A stretch of 64,000 bases of DNA from Armatimonadota bacterium (GCA_046075665.1 JBJTQN010000371.1:3244-67243), one strand, 5' to 3'. Positions 27,452-38,210 are shown, numbered from the stretch's first letter. Numbers and translations: made by a program. The notes: generated from the sequence alone by a model not told the origin.

Positions 27452-27754
27452 TTAGCCCTTCAGTGGCAGGTCAATCGTGTCCAAACCTGCCGGCTTGTAG
27501 CGGGCAAAGCGAAAATGTAGCGCATCCGTATTGGAACGTACAATCCGTGGCATAAAGCCGAGCGCTTGGCTGGCCATTAGGCAGCAATCGTATGCATCAT
27601 CCAAGGACTCAAAGAGAAACACATATTCACGGCCTTTTTCGCGGTGAACAACAAGCTCCTCACCTTCCGTATCAGGAACTGCCAAGCAGAGTGCAGTGCT
27701 TGGAACTTCCTTTACCTGGGTGAGGGTGGGGTCGGTTGGGTCTTCAAAAATCAT
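27452..27754 (-). CDS. Hypothetical protein (100 aa), possibly DUF3110-like
   Basis: FLFESLDDAYDCCLMASQ resembles the FE..DDA.RY block of DUF3110, judged from memory only. Confidence 0.45.
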   Translation of the reverse strand: MIFEDPTDPTLTQVKEVPSTALCLAVPDTEGEELVVHREKGREYVFLFESLDDAYDCCLMASQALGFMPRIVRSNTDALHFRFARYKPAGLDTIDLPLKG

Positions 27755-28137
27755 AAACTTGACTCACTTCACACTGGTCGTTGCCAGCGTTGCTTTCACG
27801 GAGACAAGTGGTTGCAAGCGTGATGCCACAGAAGGCAACTTTTAGCCTATGGTGCACCAATGACATCAAGTAACATTTGATTCTTTACCTGCAAAATGTA
27901 CTGGGAAAATATATAGATGTTAACAACAATAGGTGTGTCAAGTGGTGGAATAGAGGTATGACTTAGACACTGTCTAATCTGGGCGAAACATTATGTTTAC
28001 AAAAGTAATGGTGAGGCTATGACTACGTCATTTTGTTTTCAAAATATTCATAGCAGTTGCCCATGCAACGATCACCCTAAGAATCGTCAACCATCTACCG
28101 AATATACATGCTGATAGTTCTCAGAACTTAACGAAGT

Positions 28138-29580
28138 GTGACAATCAGGAGTACACATTTGCTTAGTCTCGCATATCCATTTCATTCATCCCTTCAGGGA
28201 CCTTCACCACTCATCGGTGACTGGCAGGGCAAGCTCAATACAGGAGCCATATCCCTTCGGTTGGTATTTCATATCAAGGCCGAGGCATCGGGTACGCTGT
28301 CCGCCACGATGGACAGTCCGGACCAAAGCGCTTACGGGCTTCCCGTGGGCGATGTCACATTGGATGGCAAATCTGTAAAGCTTGTTCTACCCGCTGTCAA
28401 TGGGACATTATCCGGAACACTGAATGACACTGGAACGGTAATCACTGGACGCTGGGAGCAGGGAGGCGCATCCCTTCCAATCACGCTCACATTCTCAGAA
28501 ACTCCTATTCTTCCTGTCAAGCGACCGCAGACACCAGAAGCGCCCTTTCCGTATGTTGAAACCAGTGTTACTTTCCCATCCCTTACGAAAGGCGTAACCC
28601 TTGCCGGTACCCTCACCGTGCCGAAGGGACCTGGCCCGTTTCCAACAGCCATTTTTGTCAGCGGCAGCGGTGGTCAGGATCGTGATGAAACGTTACTTGG
28701 TCATAAACCATTCCATGTTCTCGCTGACCAGCTGGCCCGACTAGGAATTGCATCCCTCCGCTATGATGACCGTGGTGTTGGATTGTCAACCGGGGACCAA
28801 GGTACCGGGTCATCCAAGGACTTTGCGGATGATGCAGAAGGTGCAGTCCGCTTCCTGAAAACGACCGCTAATGTCAAACGTAACAAAATCGGTTTTGTTG
28901 GTCACTCTGAGGGTGGTCTGATTGCTCCGATGGTGGCGGCGCGCAACCCTGATGTCGCATTTGTAGTGATGCTCGCTGGACCTGGAGTGCCCGGTAAGGA
29001 TGTCATCCTTAAGCAATCCGAAGCCATCATGAAGACAATGAAAGCATCCCCCGCTGACATTAAGAAGAGCCGTGACTCGCAGCTACGAATCATCGCTGCG
29101 GTCGAGGGAGTCATTCGAAAGAACCCCAGCAACCCGGATCCCAAACAGCTTGCTGCTGCGCTGAAAAAGGAAACCGATGCCCTCATCGCATCCCTTTCTC
29201 CGGCAGATAAGGCAGAAGCTCAGAAGAATCGTGCGATGGTGGATGCTCAGGTACAGCAATATGCGACACCATGGTTCCGGTACTTTCTTTCGTATGATCC
29301 AAGAACAGCACTTAGAAAGGTCAAGGTTCCTGTTCTGGTAATGAATGGCGAAAAGGATGTACAAGTCATTGCATCCCAAAACGTCCCGGAAGTCGAAAAA
29401 GCCCTGCGTGCAGGTGGAAACCAGCGTGTTACGGTTCGTCTGATGCCAGGCTTGAACCATCTCTTCCAGCATGCGGTTACCGGAAGCCCTCAAGAATACG
29501 GAACGATTGATGAAACATTTGCTCCGGAAGCCATCAAGGAAATCACCGCATTTATTCGTAGTGTCAATCGATTGAAGTAG
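28138..29580 (+). CDS. Alpha/beta hydrolase (serine hydrolase, S33/S9-like)
   Basis: Nucleophile elbow GHSEGG, a late NH motif and 480 aa. GTG start. No signal peptide is visible, and a stop lies 9 nt upstream. Confidence 0.7.
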   Translation: MTIRSTHLLSLAYPFHSSLQGPSPLIGDWQGKLNTGAISLRLVFHIKAEASGTLSATMDSPDQSAYGLPVGDVTLDGKSVKLVLPAVNGTLSGTLNDTGTVITGRWEQGGASLPITLTFSETPILPVKRPQTPEAPFPYVETSVTFPSLTKGVTLAGTLTVPKGPGPFPTAIFVSGSGGQDRDETLLGHKPFHVLADQLARLGIASLRYDDRGVGLSTGDQGTGSSKDFADDAEGAVRFLKTTANVKRNKIGFVGHSEGGLIAPMVAARNPDVAFVVMLAGPGVPGKDVILKQSEAIMKTMKASPADIKKSRDSQLRIIAAVEGVIRKNPSNPDPKQLAAALKKETDALIASLSPADKAEAQKNRAMVDAQVQQYATPWFRYFLSYDPRTALRKVKVPVLVMNGEKDVQVIASQNVPEVEKALRAGGNQRVTVRLMPGLNHLFQHAVTGSPQEYGTIDETFAPEAIKEITAFIRSVNRLK

Positions 29581-29601
29581 CCTGACATACGTACATAAAA
29601 A

Positions 29602-29626
29602 CGGGCTCCCGCTTTGCGGGAGCCCG
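29602..29626. terminator. Intrinsic terminator (T-tract on the minus strand)
   Basis: CGGGCTCCCG-ctttg-CGGGAGCCCG hairpin, preceded on the plus strand by AAAAA, which is a T-run for the minus-strand gene ending at 29655. Confidence 0.75.
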
Positions 29627-29654
29627 AATCACTTTAACTGGTCGTCAAATTTTG

Positions 29655-30197
29655 CTACTGCGAAACGCTGTAATCCTGCCGCCGCCCTATATGGTTTCGG
29701 CGCTCCCACGCATTCACAATTTCCAAACGGCTTCGCGCTGCTGTGTTGGCATCGTAAACGGCACCGCGCAATGCACTGAGGTCTGCAAGCGCACGCTCTT
29801 CATCCGACATCCGGTACCCAACACCCGCCATCTGCACGGGGGCACTGACCTGTGGCGGTGCGTAAATCGAAACCCGTGCGGAAACAGAAGGCACCGATCC
29901 TCCAAATCCCGGAAGCGCTGCATTTTCATTGATGCCACCCGCCGGTGACCAACCCTGTCGCGGACGGGAAACACGTCCACTTCCTCCACTTCGCGCAGCC
30001 TCTTCGAAGTCGCGCTCTTTCGCCTTGCCGAGCGTTATCATCACAATCGTACCGATAATTGCCAACAATACAGCCATCCCGCCGTGCTGCAACATCGGAT
30101 GCGTCCACCATGGGTCACAATTGGCACAGCGGCCATCCGCACCACGGCGCATCCCACAGTCAACACACCATCCACTTTCCATCATGTGATGCATCAC
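29655..30197 (-). CDS. Hypothetical membrane protein with an N-terminal zinc ribbon
   Basis: CVDC...x9...CANC, followed by one TM helix (MAVLLAIIGTIVMITL). 4-nt overlap with the upstream gene. Confidence 0.5.
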   Translation of the reverse strand: MMHHMMESGWCVDCGMRRGADGRCANCDPWWTHPMLQHGGMAVLLAIIGTIVMITLGKAKERDFEEAARSGGSGRVSRPRQGWSPAGGINENAALPGFGGSVPSVSARVSIYAPPQVSAPVQMAGVGYRMSDEERALADLSALRGAVYDANTAARSRLEIVNAWERRNHIGRRQDYSVSQ

Positions 30198-31384
30198 TGG
30201 TGCCCCTGCACATTATTCGAAAGCGATATACCGGTTGATGGTTCGGCTAGATGCTCGGCCAGAGCATAGACTTCATCCGATGTCGGTGCGGACAGCCTTG
30301 GAAATCGCTTGAGTAAAATGGCTTGCAGGGAGCCCGCGACTGGAACACCAATCAGCATCCCCACCAGGCCAAACAAGCTGGCACCTAGCAGGAGAGCGAG
30401 CATCGCGAACAAGGGATGCAAGCCTATCCCACCACCTACAATTCGTGGCGTAACGACATTGTCAAAAACCATGTTAAGTGCAAAAAGGAGCCCAATCTCG
30501 GCACCAACCCAGGCAAACGGGATATGTCCGATGACTCCGACTGTCACAGTCAGCAGCGCTGTTCCAAGAAAACCAACGTACGGCACTGCATAAAGAACAC
30601 CAGCGACAACTCCTACAAGCAACGCATAGGAGCGGATGCCCGGTGCAAACAAGCTCATCAGCAACAGCGCTGCTGTCGCAACGATGCCATATAGCAGCGA
30701 CACCTGAACCATCCCGCGCAGGTAGTTGCCGAAAATACCCCCAATCTCACGAAGGGTGTCCACAACCATTAGGCGAGATGACTCCGGGAGCAGAAATAGT
30801 AACCGCGCACGTAACTTCGGGAGGTCACTGAGGAGCGTAAATGCGACAATTGGGACCAGAATCAGTTGTAAAACGTTTCCAAGGCCGCCAACCAATGCAT
30901 TTGCGAAGTTTGAACCATACCGACGTGCAAGCAATGTGAGCTGTTCGGAATACTGGTTTGTAACATCCTGCAGCGAGGCGGGAAGAGCAAACGGGCCAAT
31001 CTTCCGATGAGATGCAAGCCACGTGTCCGCCCAAGCCTGAAGTTCTGCGGGGCCATCGGATGACACCCAGTCCATCAATGCCCGTACCTGAGCTACCAGA
31101 ACAGGAACAATCAGGATGATGAGAGCTGCAAACACCAGGAGAAAACCGATGCCAGAGATAGCAACCGCAACAGCTCGCTTCCCACGTGTGACCCGATGGA
31201 TGTGCTCCAAGCGGACGACAATTGGATCGAGCAAGAGTGCACAAATGCCTCCGGCAAGGAATGGCGTGGCAATCGAGAGCAGAGCCTGACCACCAATATA
31301 GATGGCAAACAGACAAAGCAACGCCACCGCGGCGCCCGCAACGGCAAAAAAGCCGCTGCGAAATGCGTGCTGTGGCGTTGTCAT
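30194..31384 (-). CDS. AI-2E family transporter (PerM/UPF0118)
   Basis: About 8 TM segments and a length and pattern typical of UPF0118 permeases. Confidence 0.7.
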   Translation of the reverse strand: MTTPQHAFRSGFFAVAGAAVALLCLFAIYIGGQALLSIATPFLAGGICALLLDPIVVRLEHIHRVTRGKRAVAVAISGIGFLLVFAALIILIVPVLVAQVRALMDWVSSDGPAELQAWADTWLASHRKIGPFALPASLQDVTNQYSEQLTLLARRYGSNFANALVGGLGNVLQLILVPIVAFTLLSDLPKLRARLLFLLPESSRLMVVDTLREIGGIFGNYLRGMVQVSLLYGIVATAALLLMSLFAPGIRSYALLVGVVAGVLYAVPYVGFLGTALLTVTVGVIGHIPFAWVGAEIGLLFALNMVFDNVVTPRIVGGGIGLHPLFAMLALLLGASLFGLVGMLIGVPVAGSLQAILLKRFPRLSAPTSDEVYALAEHLAEPSTGISLSNNVQGHQ

Positions 31385-31417
31385 CGACCGTTCATCCAGT
31401 GAAATGGAGTTTATGAC

Positions 31418-31747
31418 CTAGGCATCAAGGCGTGCGGCAAGCTCTTCTTTCGTCTTCTGGTAGGCATCCCTGCCCACTTCGACGGAATTTGTAAGGCTGT
31501 CACGGGTCCGATCAGCCAGTTCTTTCGCACGGGTCGCGAGCTCCGAGGATGCATCATTCAGGCGCTCAATTGCTTCATCGGCCTTTTCTTTGATGTCGGA
31601 TCGCAGCTCTTCGCCACTCTTTGGTGCGAACAACAGCCCGAGAACGCCACCAATGGCAACACCTACAATGAGGCCTGCAGCAACACCCAGTACTACCGAG
31701 CTGTCATCACGATCTTCATAACGTGCCATCTTATAACCCTCCAACAA
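31418..31747 (-). CDS. YtxH domain protein
   Basis: N-terminal TM segment with GLLFAPKSGEELR, followed by helical repeats. Confidence 0.7.
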   Translation of the reverse strand: MLEGYKMARYEDRDDSSVVLGVAAGLIVGVAIGGVLGLLFAPKSGEELRSDIKEKADEAIERLNDASSELATRAKELADRTRDSLTNSVEVGRDAYQKTKEELAARLDA

Positions 31748-31778
31748 CCCACATCATCGGTGTAATCATCCACGCGTT

Positions 31779-32897
31779 TCAGGTTTGTTCTATCCTCTGT
31801 GTAATGGTTCCACCACCCAATACCCAATCCGTACGCTCTCTGGTTCCATAAAAGACTGCAGCTTGGCCCGGAGTGACCGCACGTAATGGCTCATCAAAGA
31901 GAACATCCACCAAACCATCCGCGCGACGACGCAGGACAGCCGGCTTGGATTCCATGTTATATCGAATCTTGACCTCACAAGGGATACCTTCTCCAACCGG
32001 CGGTTCAGCAAGGGAGACCCACGTTAAGTCCTCAACCACACAGCCCGCAGCGAACAACGCATCGTCATCGCCAACGACAACTGTATTTGTTTCTGCATCC
32101 ACCTGAATCACATACAACGGAATACTTGATCCGACATTAATACGCTTTCGCTGACCGACGGTGTAACGCGCAATCCCATCATGGGTTCCACGCACCTTCC
32201 CACTTGTATCTACAAACTGGCCCGGTATCAGCGTCTCAGGAGCGGATTCCTCAAGGAACTCTGTGTAGTTTCTATCTTGAACAAAACAAATTTCCTGCGA
32301 ATCCGGCTTGTTCGCGACTGAGAGGCCGTAGTCGCGCGCCAGCTGACGGGTGACATCCTTGCTTGGAAGCTCACCTAGAGGCATTGTCATCCGCTCAAGC
32401 TGATGCTGCAGCGTTGCATAGAGCGCATACGTCTGGTCTTTAGAGCCATTTTCAGCACGACAGAGGACGTGGCGACCATCCGCTCCGAGGCCGTGATGCA
32501 CACGCGCGTAATGACCTGTCGCTAGGTAGTCGGCTCCGAGGGATGTAGCTTTCTCCAACAGAGCATCGAATTTAATGTAACGATTGCAGTTGACACAAGG
32601 GTTTGGCGTACGGCCCCTCTGATAATCCTTAATAAATGGCGCGATGACTTTCTCAGCAAACGGCTCCCGGTAGTTTAGGACGTAATGTGGAATCCCGATG
32701 CGATTTGCTGTTCGGCGGGCATCCTCAACCGCACCCAGTGAACAACAGCCTGCACCCTTTGTTTCGTGGGCAGATTCCTGCCAGATCTGCAGCGTCACAC
32801 CGATGACATCATGACCCTGCTCCTTCAGGAGCGCTGCTGCAACAGCACTGTCGACACCACCTGACATGGCGATAACTACGGTTTTTGGGGATGACAT
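31779..32897 (-). CDS. mnmA: tRNA 2-thiouridine(34) synthase
   Basis: PP-loop IAMSGGVDSAVAA and catalytic-Cys contexts. Internal ATG at 32897 chosen. Confidence 0.9.
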   Translation of the reverse strand: MSSPKTVVIAMSGGVDSAVAAALLKEQGHDVIGVTLQIWQESAHETKGAGCCSLGAVEDARRTANRIGIPHYVLNYREPFAEKVIAPFIKDYQRGRTPNPCVNCNRYIKFDALLEKATSLGADYLATGHYARVHHGLGADGRHVLCRAENGSKDQTYALYATLQHQLERMTMPLGELPSKDVTRQLARDYGLSVANKPDSQEICFVQDRNYTEFLEESAPETLIPGQFVDTSGKVRGTHDGIARYTVGQRKRINVGSSIPLYVIQVDAETNTVVVGDDDALFAAGCVVEDLTWVSLAEPPVGEGIPCEVKIRYNMESKPAVLRRRADGLVDVLFDEPLRAVTPGQAAVFYGTRERTDWVLGGGTITQRIEQT

Positions 32898-33117
32898 GGC
32901 ATTAAAGTATACCAATTCGCTGCAGTAGTATTGTGTAGACTGCCCTTCAATAGATGTCCGTCCGGCTTCATCAGCCATTCTGAGCAGGAATGTGACTAGA
33001 GTACGCATAGCTGCGCTTTCTACGAATGGATTCGCCGAATTATCCCTATGAAAACGCCTATCATGGTATATTGGCTACTGCCAGTGGTGGGTACCAAATG
33101 GCATTGGGAGGAAGCAC

Positions 33118-33843
33118 GTGACGCATCGCTTCGTTAAGTTTGGGTTCGCAGGCATTGCAGCTTCGCTGAGCCTTGGAAGTCTTTTGACTGGTTGTGGCGG
33201 TGGAGGTGTGGATCAGAACTATCTCGATTCCAGCTCCCGCGCAATTGTCGGAACATACAGCAAGACCAGTATTTCCGCGCTGGGTACACGGGTAACCTGC
33301 GGCGACGCCGGCAGTGTCGTTGGTGATCCGAAGACAGAACTCAAGGACCGCAATGTGGTCATTGATGTCTGTACACCGAACGATACCATCACCTTTGCTG
33401 AAGATGGCCGCTACACGATCAAGTCCTACGGTGGAACCGAGTCTGGAACATTTACCCGTGACCGCCAGCGCGTTGAGCTGGTTCGCGACAAGGAAAATGG
33501 CCGTGAACTCTCAACGCCATACCAGAAGACGGTCTACACCATTACCGGTTCCGGAAGCGCGTTTGTTTTCACCCCGACCGCAGAACCTGTTGGATATCAG
33601 AAAATCGATCCAGCCGGAGCTGCATTCAATGTAGACAACACGCCTAACTATGACAACCTTGCGCCCAAGGCAAATGCAGATGGCACACTTGCGATTCTCT
33701 GGTTGCCGAATGCGGATTCAAAGCCAGTTCTCAAGAATGACTTGACCATCGTTCCAGAGCTGATCGCGGATGCCAAAGAAGCAATCGATGCCCGTGGCTT
33801 CTCCAAGCGCTACGTTGTAACGTACACCTTCGGTAAGAAGTAA
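33118..33843 (+). CDS. Hypothetical lipoprotein
   Basis: Lipobox LLTGCGGGG after a signal peptide. GTG start. Confidence 0.6.
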   Translation: MTHRFVKFGFAGIAASLSLGSLLTGCGGGGVDQNYLDSSSRAIVGTYSKTSISALGTRVTCGDAGSVVGDPKTELKDRNVVIDVCTPNDTITFAEDGRYTIKSYGGTESGTFTRDRQRVELVRDKENGRELSTPYQKTVYTITGSGSAFVFTPTAEPVGYQKIDPAGAAFNVDNTPNYDNLAPKANADGTLAILWLPNADSKPVLKNDLTIVPELIADAKEAIDARGFSKRYVVTYTFGKK

Positions 33844-33866
33844 TACGTATCGGTTAGACAAATCTA

Positions 33867-33897
33867 CCAGCCCCCGCCTCCGGCGGGGGCTGGTTTG
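33867..33897 (+). terminator. Intrinsic terminator
   Basis: CCAGCCCCCGC-ctccg-GCGGGGGCTGG followed by TTTGCATTT. Confidence 0.8.
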
Positions 33898-33985
33898 CAT
33901 TTGTGATCTGAAAGGCAAATTTTGGATTCGATCCAACCTGATGCATTTCGTTCATCCTCAAAAACAACCATAAACGCATCAGGCA

Positions 33986-36550
33986 ATGCGCTTCGAGTAT
34001 ATTATTGCCATGCAACAAGCCAGCATGGTCGCAACCCCGACGACCCTTGCCACTTTGGTCGGACAACAATCAACTATCGCACAAACCACTGCCACCTATC
34101 CCCTGACACCACGTGTTCTCCAGCTCATCGGGAAACTAACACTGGATGAAAAACTCTCCCTCGTTCGAGGAGCATCCGATCCAAACAACCTTGGGCAAGC
34201 CGGCTACATCCCCGGTGTTCCGCGCCTCGGAATCGGGCCGCTCCGACTAACCGATGGCCCGGCAGGCATCCGTGTAGGCAAACCCGCAACCGCGATGCCG
34301 GCTCCCGTTGCGATGGCAGCCACATTCAACCCGGACATTGCACAGCGTTTTGGTGCAACGGTCGGCAAGGAAGGACGCGCTCTCGGCCAGGATGTCCTCC
34401 TCTCCCCGATGGTCAACATCGTAAGACAACCCGGCGCCGGACGTAACTTCGAGACCCTCGGTGAAGATCCACTGCTCGCTGCCTCCCTTGTGTCCGCACA
34501 GGTCAAAGGCGTTCAGCAAAATGGGCTCATTGCCACCGTCAAGCACTTTGCTGCCAACAATTTCGAAGAGGGTCGAATGGGCATTGATGTCCTGGTCGAC
34601 GAACGCACTCTGTACGAAATCTACCTCCCTGCATTCGCCGCAGCTGTAAACGCAGGGGCAGGCGCGGTGATGGGGGCTTACAACAAGATCAACGGAGCTT
34701 ACTGCTGCGAAAACAGTGCCTTGTTGGACACTACGTTGCGACAAAAGATGGGCTTTGGCGGGTTTGTGATGTCTGACTGGTTTGCCACTCAGTCCACCAA
34801 TGCCAGCATCCAAGCTGGACTCGACATGGAAATGCCCGGCGATGGTATCCGAATCCCTGGACGGGATGGCTTTTTTGGCACAAATCTCCGCAAGGCAATC
34901 GACACAAGTGAACTTCCTGAAGTAACACTCGACCGCTCCGTTGCACGCATCCTTGTCGTGATGGAAAAGTTTGGACATCTCGATAAATTAAAGCCAAGAC
35001 CTGTGTTTGACACAACCGCTGGACGTAAAGCTGCTCGCGATATCGCCGAGGCGGGGGCTGTGCTCCTTAAAAATGATCGCTTTGTCCTGCCGCTAAAGCC
35101 GGCAGCACTCAAAACCATCGCATGGGTTGGACTCCCATTCGAACGACCCGTAATTGGCGGAGGCGGTTCGGCTCAGGTCACGCCAACAAACATCACTAGC
35201 ATCCGACAGCTGCTCAACTCAGCACACGGCATCGACAAGCCACTCTATGCCCCTGGCATCGACACGGATGGCAGTGCGATTCCAGCATCTGCATTTACAA
35301 ACCTCACCCGCGCAAATGATGCAGCCGCTGCAAGACGCCAGAATCCAGGAATCGGGTTAATGAATGACCCACAGATTCGCACCGCTGATATCAACCATGT
35401 TGCTAAAAACGCCCTTGCAGCGCGTATACCCCAGCTCTGGAAAGGCAACCTCGTTGCGCCGGCCACGGGACGATACGGGATAAAAGTCCAAGTGGAAGGC
35501 GGACAGGCCAGCCTGACAATCGGCGAAAAGCTGCGCGCAAATGCCGGGGGACTCTTCGGCGGCGGAGCCAGCCTCTATAAAACGCAGGACAATCTGCTTT
35601 CAGCAACCATTTGGGTCGATATGGTCAAAGGCCAAGCCATCCCATTCACCCTCACTGCCGCGCCCGGTGGAGGCTTTGGTCCACCGGATCCCAACGCAAA
35701 GCTTCAAGTTCGTCTTTCTTGGGTAACTCCCGCACGACAGGCTGAGTTGATTGCAAATGCAGTCAAAATCGCCAAGGGAGCTCCAGCCGCTGTGGTGATG
35801 GTCTACGATGAAGGCACGGAAGGCACCGACCGGGCCGACCTTGCGCTTCCCGAGAGCCAGCGTGCCCTTGTGGAAGTTGTAGCCGCAGCAAACCCGAATA
35901 CAATCGTGCTCCTGCACACGGGAGCACCCGTTGAGCTACCGTGGCGGGGTCGCGTCCCGGCCATCCTCCAGCTCTGGTACCCAGGGCAAGAGGGCGCGGC
36001 TGCCACACTTCGCCTCCTAACTGGCGCGGTCAGCCCAAGCGGAAAGCTACCCGTCACATTTCCAGAACGCATCTCCGATGGCCCGGTAACAAAACCTGAG
36101 CAATACCCAGGAAAGAACGGAGCCGTCGTATATTCCGAAGGGATTTTTGTTGGCTATCGACACTATGACAATGCACGCAAGGTGGTCGCATATCCGTTTG
36201 GCCATGGTTTGACTTACTCTCAGTTTGCTTATACGCGCCTTCGGGTTAGCCACTCCGCTGCTGGGACAAAGGTGACATTCAACATCCGCAATATCGGGGA
36301 TGTCAGCGCTACCGATACGCCGCAGGTCTATGTCACACGACCGCAGCGTGCACCCGTGATGCTCCCGGTTCGCTGGCTTGCTGGCTTTAGCAAGGTCACA
36401 TTGGCAAAGGGCGAGAGCCGGGATGTTACTATCACCCTCCCACCGACTGCGTGGCGCTACTACGATGACACCGCACACCGCTGGCAACGCCTCCCCGGAA
36501 ACCCAGTTGTGGAAGTCGGACAGTCAAGCCGCATTCTCCTGCTTCGCTAG
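33986..36550 (+). CDS. Glycoside hydrolase family 3 beta-glucosidase-like enzyme
   Basis: LTLDEKLSLV, GFVMSDW (nucleophile Asp context) and a C-terminal fibronectin-like domain. The exact start is uncertain (ATG at 33986, 34010 or 34025). Confidence 0.85.
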   Translation: MRFEYIIAMQQASMVATPTTLATLVGQQSTIAQTTATYPLTPRVLQLIGKLTLDEKLSLVRGASDPNNLGQAGYIPGVPRLGIGPLRLTDGPAGIRVGKPATAMPAPVAMAATFNPDIAQRFGATVGKEGRALGQDVLLSPMVNIVRQPGAGRNFETLGEDPLLAASLVSAQVKGVQQNGLIATVKHFAANNFEEGRMGIDVLVDERTLYEIYLPAFAAAVNAGAGAVMGAYNKINGAYCCENSALLDTTLRQKMGFGGFVMSDWFATQSTNASIQAGLDMEMPGDGIRIPGRDGFFGTNLRKAIDTSELPEVTLDRSVARILVVMEKFGHLDKLKPRPVFDTTAGRKAARDIAEAGAVLLKNDRFVLPLKPAALKTIAWVGLPFERPVIGGGGSAQVTPTNITSIRQLLNSAHGIDKPLYAPGIDTDGSAIPASAFTNLTRANDAAAARRQNPGIGLMNDPQIRTADINHVAKNALAARIPQLWKGNLVAPATGRYGIKVQVEGGQASLTIGEKLRANAGGLFGGGASLYKTQDNLLSATIWVDMVKGQAIPFTLTAAPGGGFGPPDPNAKLQVRLSWVTPARQAELIANAVKIAKGAPAAVVMVYDEGTEGTDRADLALPESQRALVEVVAAANPNTIVLLHTGAPVELPWRGRVPAILQLWYPGQEGAAATLRLLTGAVSPSGKLPVTFPERISDGPVTKPEQYPGKNGAVVYSEGIFVGYRHYDNARKVVAYPFGHGLTYSQFAYTRLRVSHSAAGTKVTFNIRNIGDVSATDTPQVYVTRPQRAPVMLPVRWLAGFSKVTLAKGESRDVTITLPPTAWRYYDDTAHRWQRLPGNPVVEVGQSSRILLLR

Positions 36551-36592
36551 AAGTCTTCGTCCGCGGTCGACATCTTCCGCTAGAATGGATGC

Positions 36593-38176
36593 ATGTCGAC
36601 CGCAACCCCTTTCCCGATTCTCGTCAATGGCACTTGGTGTGCATCCGCTGATCCAACCGGTACCTTCCAAGCATCCAATCCCGCCACCGGCGAGATTCTC
36701 CCCGGGACTTATCCCGTTTCCGGCCCGCAGGATGTCCATGCAATCCTGACCGCAGCAGCGGCGGCTAAAGTGGCGATGCGCGGTCTTAATGCCGAGGTCC
36801 GGGCGCAGTTTCTGGAGGCTTACGCAGCCAACCTCGAAGCAGCAAAGGATGCGCTGGTTGCCGCGGCAAATGCCGAGACTGGATTGCCCGCAGAGCCTCG
36901 CCTTGGATCGGTTGAGCTACCGCGCACCGTCAACCAGCTCCGCCTCGCTGCAAAGGCAGTTCGTTCACGCAGCTTTGCGCGCCCTACCATCGACACCGCA
37001 ACTGGAATTCGTTGCCAACAGGAAGCCCTCGATGGCGCCGTACTCGTCTTTGGCCCAAACAATTTCCCGTTCGCCTTCAATGCCATCGCCGGGGGTGACT
37101 TCGCCGCCGCAATCGCCGCTGGATGCCCGGTCATCGCCAAAGTACATACATCCCACCCAACCACTAGCCGCCTCCTCGCTGAGTGTGCCGTAGCCGCCGC
37201 GACGGCAACGGGTCTTCCCGCCGGCGCACTGCAGCTCGTCTACCGCATCGCGCCTCAGCTTGGCTTCGAAATGGTCGAGAGCCCTGCGGTCGCATCCGTT
37301 GGCTTTACCGGCGGCCGTGATACCGGGTTGCGCCTCAAGGAAGTCGCCGACCGCCACGGTAAGCCTGTCTACCTTGAAATGAGCAGCGTGAATCCCGTGT
37401 TCGTTCTGCCGGGTGTCCTTGCAGAGCGCGGGGATGCCCTTGCGGATGAGTTTGCGGGCAGCTGTATGATGGGAGCCGGGCAGTTCTGTACCAATCCGGG
37501 CTTTGTTGTCCTCCCTGCGGGGGATGCCGGTGATACGTTCACCAAGGCAGTCATTGGCAAGTTCTCCGCTGCAAATCCGGGGGTTCTCCTTGGTAAGGGC
37601 GGCAGGGATGCGATTTCTGAATCCATCAAGACTCTCACCGCTGCGGGCGCCACGGTCCGCTGCGGCGGAAATCCGGTTGCAGAGCCCGGCTATCGCTTTG
37701 AGAACACCATCCTCACGGTTGATGCCGCAACCTTCCTGCAAAACCCTGAAGCGCTCCAGACAGAAGCATTCGGTCCGGTCAGCTTATTCGTTATCGCGGA
37801 TGACGCAGCACAAATGGCCGCTGTTGCCGCATCCCTTGAAGGAAACCTCACCGGAACGATCTATTCTGCTGCGGATGGCTCTGATGATGACGCCTATGCG
37901 GCAATAGCCCCAGTTTTGCGAGGTAAGGTTGGCCGGCTTTTGAATGACAAGATGCCGACCGGTGTTGCGGTCAGCCCGGCGATGAACCATGGTGGACCAT
38001 TCCCCGCGACGGGTCATCCGTACTTCACCAGCGTCGGACTTCCGGCCAGTATCGAGCGCTTCACGATGCGCTGTTCGTACGACAATGTGCGTGCACATCG
38101 CCTGCCAGCCGAGCTTCAGGATGGCAATCCGCTTGGCATTTGGCGCTACGTGGATGGTGATTACACCAACGCATAG
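36593..38176 (+). CDS. Aldehyde dehydrogenase, alpha-ketoglutaric semialdehyde dehydrogenase-like
   Basis: ALDH fold with LEMSSVNP (catalytic Glu context) and GQFCTNPG (catalytic Cys). Confidence 0.8.
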   Translation: MSTATPFPILVNGTWCASADPTGTFQASNPATGEILPGTYPVSGPQDVHAILTAAAAAKVAMRGLNAEVRAQFLEAYAANLEAAKDALVAAANAETGLPAEPRLGSVELPRTVNQLRLAAKAVRSRSFARPTIDTATGIRCQQEALDGAVLVFGPNNFPFAFNAIAGGDFAAAIAAGCPVIAKVHTSHPTTSRLLAECAVAAATATGLPAGALQLVYRIAPQLGFEMVESPAVASVGFTGGRDTGLRLKEVADRHGKPVYLEMSSVNPVFVLPGVLAERGDALADEFAGSCMMGAGQFCTNPGFVVLPAGDAGDTFTKAVIGKFSAANPGVLLGKGGRDAISESIKTLTAAGATVRCGGNPVAEPGYRFENTILTVDAATFLQNPEALQTEAFGPVSLFVIADDAAQMAAVAASLEGNLTGTIYSAADGSDDDAYAAIAPVLRGKVGRLLNDKMPTGVAVSPAMNHGGPFPATGHPYFTSVGLPASIERFTMRCSYDNVRAHRLPAELQDGNPLGIWRYVDGDYTNA

Positions 38177-38210
38177 TTTAGACATTACGTGTGACAAGGG
38201 AGTCATTGAG

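Noticed and set aside
34247-37741. Long antisense ORFs: 34247-34978 (243 aa) and 36965-37741 (258 aa). Also 45315-46061 (248 aa), 8005-8754 (249 aa), 62788-63513 (241 aa) and 53675-54178 (167 aa).
   Set aside because: Each lies entirely opposite, or out of frame within, a gene with strong family motifs (GH3, ALDH, gltD, GT2/DUF1579, rho, Gfo/Idh/MocA). Such shadow ORFs are typical of GC-rich coding DNA.
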